64,000 nt of DNA. Source: Pseudomonadota bacterium (GTDB lineage: Bacteria; Pseudomonadota; Gammaproteobacteria; Xanthomonadales; Rhodanobacteraceae). A program made the position numbers and the translations under genes. The DNA lies in the NCBI GenBank assembly GCA_029561145.1, contig JAKQJM010000115.1, forward strand, positions 2,162-66,161. The letters are read 5' to 3'. Below, one piece after another: positions 57,800 through 64,000 of this stretch (the stretch's first letter is position 1; the number at the start of each line of letters is the position of its first letter). The notes beneath the pieces were generated by a model that worked only from the letters and a program-made list of their open reading frames with translations, was not told where the DNA came from and searched no databases.

Positions 57800-58186
57800 C
57801 TAGCGCATCAGATAGGTGCTTGCGATCAGCAGGATCACGCCGCCGATCAGGCCGAGCAGGATCATGCGGATGCGCATCGAGTTGGCCTTGTGGCGCTTCG
57901 GATCGCTGGGCGAACGCGCCGCGGCAAGCTCGTCGGCAAAACGCGTCGCCGGCTCGAGGCCGGCCTCGCGCAGGAGTTCGCGGGCGCGCCCCTGATCGCT
58001 CGAATCAGTCACCCAGACCTGGGCCCAGCCTTCGCTTTCGCCGCGATCGGTGTAGCTGAAGCGCTTCCATTGGCCGCCCTGCCAGTCGCGGCGATTGCGG
58101 ATGGTCGTCTCGATCCCGGCGTCGCTGAGAAGGGCGACGACACGTTCGACATTTTCGTAGCGGGGCGAGGTGTAGATCTGGCGCAT
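57800..58186 (-). CDS. Small membrane protein with DUF2007-like N-terminus
   Basis: MRQIYTSPRYENVERVVALLSDAGIET...WAQVWV; C-terminal TM. Confidence 0.75.
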   Translation of the reverse strand: MRQIYTSPRYENVERVVALLSDAGIETTIRNRRDWQGGQWKRFSYTDRGESEGWAQVWVTDSSDQGRARELLREAGLEPATRFADELAAARSPSDPKRHKANSMRIRMILLGLIGGVILLIASTYLMR

Positions 58187-58281
58187 GTCGGTGAGTCCAT
58201 CCAGCAACAGTTCGGGAACGCGGCACGGCAATCAGGATACGAAAGCCCGCACGATCTTGCCTTGGCCACTCATCGGCAGCC

Positions 58282-59154
58282 TCATTCGCCCGCATTCACG
58301 ACGCGGATCAGGCCTTCCTGCGCCGTCGACGCCACAAGCACGCCGTCACGCGTGAAGATCATGCCTCGGGCAAGTCCGCGCGAATGCTGCGCACTCGGGC
58401 TGTCGCAGGAATACAGCAGCCACTCGTCGGCGCGGAACGGTCGATGGAACCACATCGCGTGATCGAGGCTGGCCATGCGCACGTTCGGCTGCAGGTACGA
58501 AATCGCGTGCGGGAACGTGGTCGTGCCGATCAGGTGGAAATCCGAGGCGTAGGCGAGCAGCGAGCGATGCAGGACAGCGCTGTCCGGCACGCGATCGACG
58601 AGGCGAAACCAGACGTTCTGGTAAGGCGGCTGCCGGGTCGGATTGAGTTCGTTGCGCGGATGCACATGACGGAACTCGAAGGGCCCTGCGTTGTTGAGCC
58701 AGCGCTTGCGCTTGGCGGGGATCTTGTCGAGTTCGTTGGCCGGCACGATGTCGACTTGCGGCAAATCCTCCGGTTTCGGCACCAGCGGCATCGGAAACTG
58801 GTGCTCGGCGCCGTCTTCGGGGGTCTGGAACGAAGCGGTCATGTTGAAGATCGGCTGGCCATGCTGGATCGCGACGATGCGCCGCGCCGAGAAACTGCCG
58901 CCATCCCGGCTGCGTTCGACGTTGTAGATGATCGGCGCTTCGACATCGCCTGCACGCAGGAAATAGGCGTGCAGCGAGTGCGCGTGACGCCCCGGATCGA
59001 CCGTCTGCTGTGCGGCCGACAAGGCCTGGCCAAGTACCTGGCCGCCGAAGACATAGCGCGTGCCGATGTCGCGGCTCTGGCCGCGGAACAGGTTGTCCTC
59101 GAGACGTTCGAGCTGGAGCAGGTCGATCAGTTCATGGACTATCGATGCAGACAT
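58282..59154 (-). CDS. tesB: Acyl-CoA thioesterase II
   Basis: VFGGQVLGQAL, SLHAYFL, LLAYASD, ASLDHAMWFH, QEGLIR. Confidence 0.96.
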   Translation of the reverse strand: MSASIVHELIDLLQLERLEDNLFRGQSRDIGTRYVFGGQVLGQALSAAQQTVDPGRHAHSLHAYFLRAGDVEAPIIYNVERSRDGGSFSARRIVAIQHGQPIFNMTASFQTPEDGAEHQFPMPLVPKPEDLPQVDIVPANELDKIPAKRKRWLNNAGPFEFRHVHPRNELNPTRQPPYQNVWFRLVDRVPDSAVLHRSLLAYASDFHLIGTTTFPHAISYLQPNVRMASLDHAMWFHRPFRADEWLLYSCDSPSAQHSRGLARGMIFTRDGVLVASTAQEGLIRVVNAGE

Positions 59155-59209
59155 GGAGAAGGGGGTCAGGGACGGCAGGCGAGTATAGCCAAGCCGCTGC
59201 TGCGCTGCG

Positions 59210-59782
59210 TCAATCAGCTGCGTCCGGCCAACGCTGCAGCGAACTGCGGGCTACCACGTCCGCCCATGGGAACATCGGTCCCGGATCGAGGCGCCTGGGC
59301 AGCAGCAGATCCGGATTGTCGCTGGACGGTTCCTTGCGCTGATCGAGCACGTCGTGGCCGGCGATCCAGTGCAAGCTCGGGTGCTCGTGGCGCAGATGCC
59401 TGAGCAGGGCGAGCAGGGATCCGATCTGGGCCGCGGTATACGGCTCGGTCATGGCCTGGTGCCGCGAATCGTTCCAGTCCGGATAGCGGCCGAGGTTGAC
59501 CAGCTCGATGCCGATCGAGCGTGGGTTGTAGCGGAACGTATGATGCGCCACGCGGAGATCGCCGATGAAGCGCAAGGTGCGACCGTCGCGGTCAATGTAG
59601 TAGTGACCGCTGTTGCCGGTCCTGCTGTCTTCGTAGCGGATGCGTTCACCGTATTCCCGCGCCGTGGCGAGGTCGGGAAGCTCGGTGCAGTGGATGACGA
59701 CCAGGTCGATCGCCGACGAAGGGCGCTCGGCGAGGCGTTCCTCATAGGGCAGGGGCCATTCGTGGATCACGAGATCGGTCAT
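59210..59782 (-). CDS. N-acetylmuramoyl-L-alanine amidase (Amidase_2)
   Basis: VVIHCTE, SGHYYID, AHHT, SIGIELVN, GH..., DPGPMFPW. Confidence 0.9.
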   Translation of the reverse strand: MTDLVIHEWPLPYEERLAERPSSAIDLVVIHCTELPDLATAREYGERIRYEDSRTGNSGHYYIDRDGRTLRFIGDLRVAHHTFRYNPRSIGIELVNLGRYPDWNDSRHQAMTEPYTAAQIGSLLALLRHLRHEHPSLHWIAGHDVLDQRKEPSSDNPDLLLPRRLDPGPMFPWADVVARSSLQRWPDAAD

Positions 59783-60010
59783 CGATGGAGTTTCGCACAG
59801 GGCCGGGTTCGCGTACCTGACGGATTTCCGCGATGCAGCGGTGTCGAGTCGAAGGATTGATGCTTGCCGCGTTTCTCCCTGCGAGGCAGAGGCATCGAGG
59901 CTGTAGCACTCCCGCACCGCGATCGGGCGCGCCACGGGTTTCGCGGTCGAGCCTCGCGTAGCGGTTTTGTTGTTGGTGTTAGCATCGCGAATTTTCCCGG
60001 AGTTCCCTCC

Positions 60011-60526
60011 ATGAAAGGAACCGTGATTCTTTCCCACGGCCTCGAAAGCGGCCCGAATGCGACCAAGGTCACCGCGCTCGCAGCGGTCGCCGAAGGACTC
60101 GGTTGGGCGAGCATCCGGCCCGATTACCGTGATCTCGATGCAAGCCGCGATGTCGAGGCGGTCACCGCGCGAATGCAGCGTGCGCTGGATGCGGCTCCCG
60201 CCGAAGGACGCGTGGTCTTCGCCGGTTCGAGCATGGGTGCCTTCATTTCAGGTTTCGCGTCGACGCGGCGTGACTGCGCCGCGCTGTTCCTGATGGCCTT
60301 GCCGGTCGGTATCCGCGGTTATTCGTTCGACTACGAAGCGGCTGCGGTACCCACCGTGCTGGTGCACGGCTGGCGTGACGAGCTGTGTCCGGTTGATGCG
60401 GTCATCGAATTCGCGCGTGGGCGCGGCGACACCCTGCACCTCGTCGATGACGAGCATCGCCTGAGCGGACACGTCGACTATTGCGCCGGGGCGTTCCGCC
60501 AGCTCCTCGTCACGCTGGATTCCTGA
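60011..60526 (+). CDS. Small alpha/beta hydrolase
   Basis: LSHGLESGP, GSSMG, HGWRDE, HRL; TGATG overlap with rlmKL. Confidence 0.88.
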   Translation: MKGTVILSHGLESGPNATKVTALAAVAEGLGWASIRPDYRDLDASRDVEAVTARMQRALDAAPAEGRVVFAGSSMGAFISGFASTRRDCAALFLMALPVGIRGYSFDYEAAAVPTVLVHGWRDELCPVDAVIEFARGRGDTLHLVDDEHRLSGHVDYCAGAFRQLLVTLDS

Positions 60527-62694
60527 TGCCACAGTTCTTTGCGACCTGCCCGAAAGGCCTGGAATACCTGCTGCGCGACGAACTCGTGGCGCTTGGTGCG
60601 AGCGAAGTGCACGAGGCCCTGTCCGGCGTGCATTTCAGCGGCGAGCTGGTCGATGCCTATCGCGCTTGCCTGTGGTCGCGCCTGGCCAGCCGCGTGCTGA
60701 TGCCGCTCAGCGAGTTCGCCGCGCCCGACGAACATGCCCTCTACGACGGCGTGCAAGTCATCGACTGGTCAGGTCATCTGGCCGAGGACGGCACGCTCGC
60801 GGTCGACGCGGTCAGCAATGCGAGCCAGATGCGGCACACGCGCTATCTTGCACAGAAGGTCAAGGATGCGGTCGTCGACCAGTTCCGTGATCGCAATGGC
60901 AATCGCCCCGGTGTCGATCTCGAACAGCCGTCGATACGGCTGAATCTGCTGCTGCGCAAGGATCGTGCCCTGCTTTCGCTCGATCTCTCGGGAACACCCC
61001 TGCACCGGCGGGGCTACCGCGTCGGCCAGGGCGAAGCACCACTCAAGGAAAATCTCGCCTGTGCGATGTTGCTGCGTGCGGGCTGGCCTGCGATCTTCGA
61101 GGCGGGCGGAGCGATCGTCGACCCGATGTGCGGTTCCGGCACGCTCGTGACCGAGGCTGCACTGATGGCCGCCGATGTCGCGCCGGGTCTGCGCCGGGCC
61201 TATTTCGGCTTCCTCGGCTGGCTTGGTCACGATGCGCCCATCTGGGAATCCCTGCTTGCCGAGGCGCAGGGGCGTGCCGAAGCCGGTCTGCGTGCGCTGC
61301 CGGCGGCATTCTTTGGTTATGACGAGGACCCGACCGTCCTCAGCCAGGCGAAGCGCAATGCGCAGCAGGCGGGGGTGATCGGATTCATGCGCTTCGAGCG
61401 CCAGTCGGTCGAGCACCTGCAGCGCCCGACCGATGCCACCCAGGCCGGGTTGCTGATCTGCAATCCACCGTATGGCGAGCGTATCGGCCAACAGGATGCG
61501 CTGGCCCCGACCTATCGTGCGATTGGCGACAAGGCGCGCAGCGAATTCGACGGCTGGCGCCTCGCGGTGATCACCTCCGACGAGGATCTTGGTCGCGCGA
61601 TAGGGCTGCGCGCGCACAAGCGCTACACGCTCTACAACGGTGCGCTCGAATGCCGCTTCCTGCTGTTCGACATCGGTGGCGATGCAGCGCCGCGCGTCGC
61701 GGAGGAGCGCCCGATCTCGGCGGGTGCCGAGGCGGTCGCCAACCGCATGCGCAAGACGATCAAGCACCTGCGCAAGCGCCTCGATCGCGAGGGAGTGCGG
61801 TGCTGGCGCGCCTACGATGCCGATATTCCCGAGTACTCGGCGGCGGTCGACGTCTATGTCGGTCGCGACGAGTCGCGCCCCGACAGGCCGGATTCGACCT
61901 GGCTGCATGTCCAGGAATATGCCGCGCCGAAGGACATCCCCGAACACGTCGCATCGGCCCGGCTTGCCGATCTCGTGCGTGGTGCGGGCGCTGCCTTCGA
62001 ACTGCCGCGCGAGCGGGTTGTCGTGAAGACACGCTACAAGGCCAAGGGCGGTGGCAAGTATGGCCGCATGGATCAGCGCTCGAGCTTCCTGGTCGTCGAG
62101 GAAGGCGGGCTGCGTTTCCGCGTCAACCTGCACGACTATCTCGACACGGGCTTGTTTCTCGATCACCGTCCGGTACGCGCGCACCTGCGTGCAGCGGCGC
62201 GTGGCACGCGTTTCCTGAACCTGTTCTGCTATACCGCAACGGCCAGCGTCTATGCCGCATCGGGCGGTGCGCGCACGACGACCAGTGTCGATCTTTCCGC
62301 CACCTATCTGGATTGGGCCGAACGAAACCTCGCCCTGAACGGTTTCGGTGGTGCGGGGCACCAACTGATCCAGGCCGATTGCCTGCAATGGCTGGAACAC
62401 GATCGCGGCGAGTACGACCTGATCTTCGTCGATCCGCCAACGTTCTCGAACTCCAAGCGCGCCGACGATTTCGATGTGCAGAAGGAGCACGGCCGCCTGC
62501 TCGCGCTCTGCGCGGAAAGGCTGGCCTTTGGCGGCCTGATCGTGTTCTCGAACAACTTCCGGCGCTTCAAGCTGGACGAGCAGGTTGCTGCACAGTTCAA
62601 CGTGCGCGACATCAGTGCATCGACGATTCCGTTCGACTTCACGAGAAATTCACGCATTCATCAATGTTACGAACTGCAACCTCGCAGACAATGA
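60526..62694 (+). CDS. rlmKL: Bifunctional 23S rRNA m2G2445/m7G2069 methyltransferase
   Basis: THUMP, LHRRGYR, APLKENLA, DPMCGSGT, NPPYGER; second MTase with DTGLFLDHR and DPPTFSNSK. Confidence 0.97.
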   Translation: MPQFFATCPKGLEYLLRDELVALGASEVHEALSGVHFSGELVDAYRACLWSRLASRVLMPLSEFAAPDEHALYDGVQVIDWSGHLAEDGTLAVDAVSNASQMRHTRYLAQKVKDAVVDQFRDRNGNRPGVDLEQPSIRLNLLLRKDRALLSLDLSGTPLHRRGYRVGQGEAPLKENLACAMLLRAGWPAIFEAGGAIVDPMCGSGTLVTEAALMAADVAPGLRRAYFGFLGWLGHDAPIWESLLAEAQGRAEAGLRALPAAFFGYDEDPTVLSQAKRNAQQAGVIGFMRFERQSVEHLQRPTDATQAGLLICNPPYGERIGQQDALAPTYRAIGDKARSEFDGWRLAVITSDEDLGRAIGLRAHKRYTLYNGALECRFLLFDIGGDAAPRVAEERPISAGAEAVANRMRKTIKHLRKRLDREGVRCWRAYDADIPEYSAAVDVYVGRDESRPDRPDSTWLHVQEYAAPKDIPEHVASARLADLVRGAGAAFELPRERVVVKTRYKAKGGGKYGRMDQRSSFLVVEEGGLRFRVNLHDYLDTGLFLDHRPVRAHLRAAARGTRFLNLFCYTATASVYAASGGARTTTSVDLSATYLDWAERNLALNGFGGAGHQLIQADCLQWLEHDRGEYDLIFVDPPTFSNSKRADDFDVQKEHGRLLALCAERLAFGGLIVFSNNFRRFKLDEQVAAQFNVRDISASTIPFDFTRNSRIHQCYELQPRRQ

Positions 62695-62763
62695 ACCTGG
62701 ATTTCAGTCGCTATTCAGACTGGAAAAAGCAAAGTGCACGCGTTCAACCAGAGGACCCAGACC

Positions 62764-63300
62764 ATGTTGTTCACGCGTACTCGCCAAATCCGACTCTTCT
62801 CTGCCGCGGCTGCATTGATAGTCGCGATGCTGTTTGCTCCGAGCGCGTTCGCGCGTGGCGGGCATCACGGTCATCATGGCGGCAGCCATCACAACAACTG
62901 GGGCATCAGCCTGGGCTTCTCCGGACCCGGTTACAGCATCGGCTACTCCGATTGCCGCCATTGCGGCAGTGGCTATGTCAGCGGGAATTTCTACGGTGGC
63001 TATGGTGGCTATGGTGGCTATGGCGGTTACGGCTACAACAGCTACAACAGCTACTATCCGGCTTACTACGACAGTTACTACTACCCGGGATACAGCGTCG
63101 GCTACTACGACTACCCGTCGTATCGCCATCGCCCGGTGACACGCCGAATCGTGCGCTACAACACCTATTACGATGACGGCCCGCGCCGCCATGACGGATA
63201 TCATCGTGGCGGTCGTTCGCACGGTCGCGATTCTGGCGACTACGGCGACCGTGATCGCGGCTATTCGTCGCGCGCCGCCTACTACGATCGTCGCAACTGA
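62764..63300 (+). CDS. Secreted His/Gly/Tyr-rich low-complexity protein
   Basis: Signal peptide ending SAFA; GGHHGHHGGSHH; (YGG)4; about 30 Tyr; own terminator. Confidence 0.8.
   Translation: MLFTRTRQIRLFSAAAALIVAMLFAPSAFARGGHHGHHGGSHHNNWGISLGFSGPGYSIGYSDCRHCGSGYVSGNFYGGYGGYGGYGGYGYNSYNSYYPAYYDSYYYPGYSVGYYDYPSYRHRPVTRRIVRYNTYYDDGPRRHDGYHRGGRSHGRDSGDYGDRDRGYSSRAAYYDRRN
62992..63051 (+). repeat. In-frame 9-nt tandem repeats (YGG x4, YNS x2)
   Basis: tacggtggc tatggtggc tatggtggc tatggcggt tacggc tacaacagc tacaacagc. Confidence 0.85.
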
Positions 63301-63350
63301 CGATTGACCCTGCAAGGCCGCCTGCATGTTCAACCTGCAGCCGGCACCTG

Positions 63351-63395
63351 GACCCCGCGGACATTTCCCCTGATATCCGCGGGGTCTTCTTTTTG
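63351..63395 (+). terminator. Rho-independent terminator
   Basis: 11-bp stem GACCCCGCGGA/TCCGCGGGGTC followed by TTCTTTTTG. Confidence 0.8.
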
Positions 63396-63464
63396 TGTTT
63401 CCGCTTGCCCGGAGCTGGGCAAACCTGCGGACCCGATATTCCGGAACGCGACGGGAAAGCCGCG

Positions 63465-64000
63465 TCATTTGCGTATTCCGAACACTCCATCGAGAGCGAA
63501 CCGAGCCAGGAACCCGGCTTTCTCGAGGCGCTTGCCGACTTCGCGTGGCACGTCACGACCGCTGGTCAGCCTGTTCGGACTGCCGGTGTAGTGGAACAGG
63601 CGTCCGCCACGGCGCAGGACGCGCGAAAGCTGATCATAGAATGCCTGTGAATACAGTTCGCCGGCGATGCCGAATCGTGGCGGATCGTGCAGCGCCGCAT
63701 CGAACGACGCATCGGCGATCTTCGAGATGGCGTCGGTCACGTCGCCATGCACGAGTTCCAGGCGACGTCCGTTCACCGCTGCGGCCGGATCGGGCGACCA
63801 GGGATTGAGCGTGCGCAGCCAGAGCACATCGGCGTTCTTCTCGAAGGAGTGGACGCGTGAAACGCCTGCCTCAAGGCAGCAGGCGGCGAAGTAGCCGAGG
63901 CCGCCGCAGGTATCCAGCACGATCTTGCCGCGCGGTTCGATCAGGGCGATCTTGCGCCGCGCGTCTTCGAACGGGGATTCCTTCGATGTCGGCAACATCT
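63465..64000 (-). CDS. SAM-dependent methyltransferase (COG2521-like); 5' end outside the window
   Basis: VLDTCGGLGY, HDPPRF, GELYS, LFHYTG. Confidence 0.8.
   Translation of the reverse strand, partial: MLPTSKESPFEDARRKIALIEPRGKIVLDTCGGLGYFAACCLEAGVSRVHSFEKNADVLWLRTLNPWSPDPAAAVNGRRLELVHGDVTDAISKIADASFDAALHDPPRFGIAGELYSQAFYDQLSRVLRRGGRLFHYTGSPNRLTSGRDVPREVGKRLEKAGFLARFALDGVFGIRK

Noticed and set aside
62950-62965. Haem c attachment site in the Tyr-rich protein
   Set aside because: The motif is CRHCG, not CxxCH
1-64000. Frequent CGATCG/GCGATCGC, reminiscent of cyanobacterial HIP1
   Set aside because: Explicable by ATC/GAT/GCG codon preference in GC-rich genes; I could not run the codon-aware count needed to claim enrichment
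1-64000. CRISPR arrays, tRNA/rRNA genes, IS elements, defence or toxin-antitoxin systems
   Set aside because: No regularly spaced repeats, T-loop GGTTCGA(A/G)TCC contexts, transposase, nuclease or TA motifs were recognised

Overview
GC-rich core-chromosome segment of a gammaproteobacterium; gene content and order point to Xanthomonadales, probably Rhodanobacteraceae/Dokdonella-like (inference). About 59 tightly packed CDS. From left to right: an acetate locus (MFS, DcaP porin, acs, CrbS/CrbR); the phosphate locus (pstSCAB-phoU and an OprO/P porin, both with Pho-box-like arrays); metG-rnfB-nth and apbC-dcd; a 10-gene run ending in pyroglutamate utilisation (pxpBC, DUF885-like lipoprotein, pxpA, DUF969/979, pcp); a GldA/F/G-like ABC system with DUF4340; a cluster of mostly secreted hydrolases; and purT, an Arg/Leu transferase, tesB, an amidase and rlmKL. 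I recognised no tRNA, rRNA, CRISPR array, transposase, integrase or prophage. The best candidate for an undescribed system is the two-gene module at 41337-43066. It pairs a small secreted protein ending in a DxIFxxxFE motif with a signal-peptide-bearing fibre built of an N-terminal domain, 26 Gly-X-Y collagen triplets, a T4-fibritin-foldon-like motif and a LamG-like head. Other leads are a tandem pair of orphan ExbD-like periplasmic domains, a zincin-like lipoprotein inserted in the pxp operon, a secreted Tyr/Gly/His-rich protein, and two perfect 22-bp palindromes. All calls come from motif recognition by eye; no database searches were run, and many start codons were re-chosen manually.
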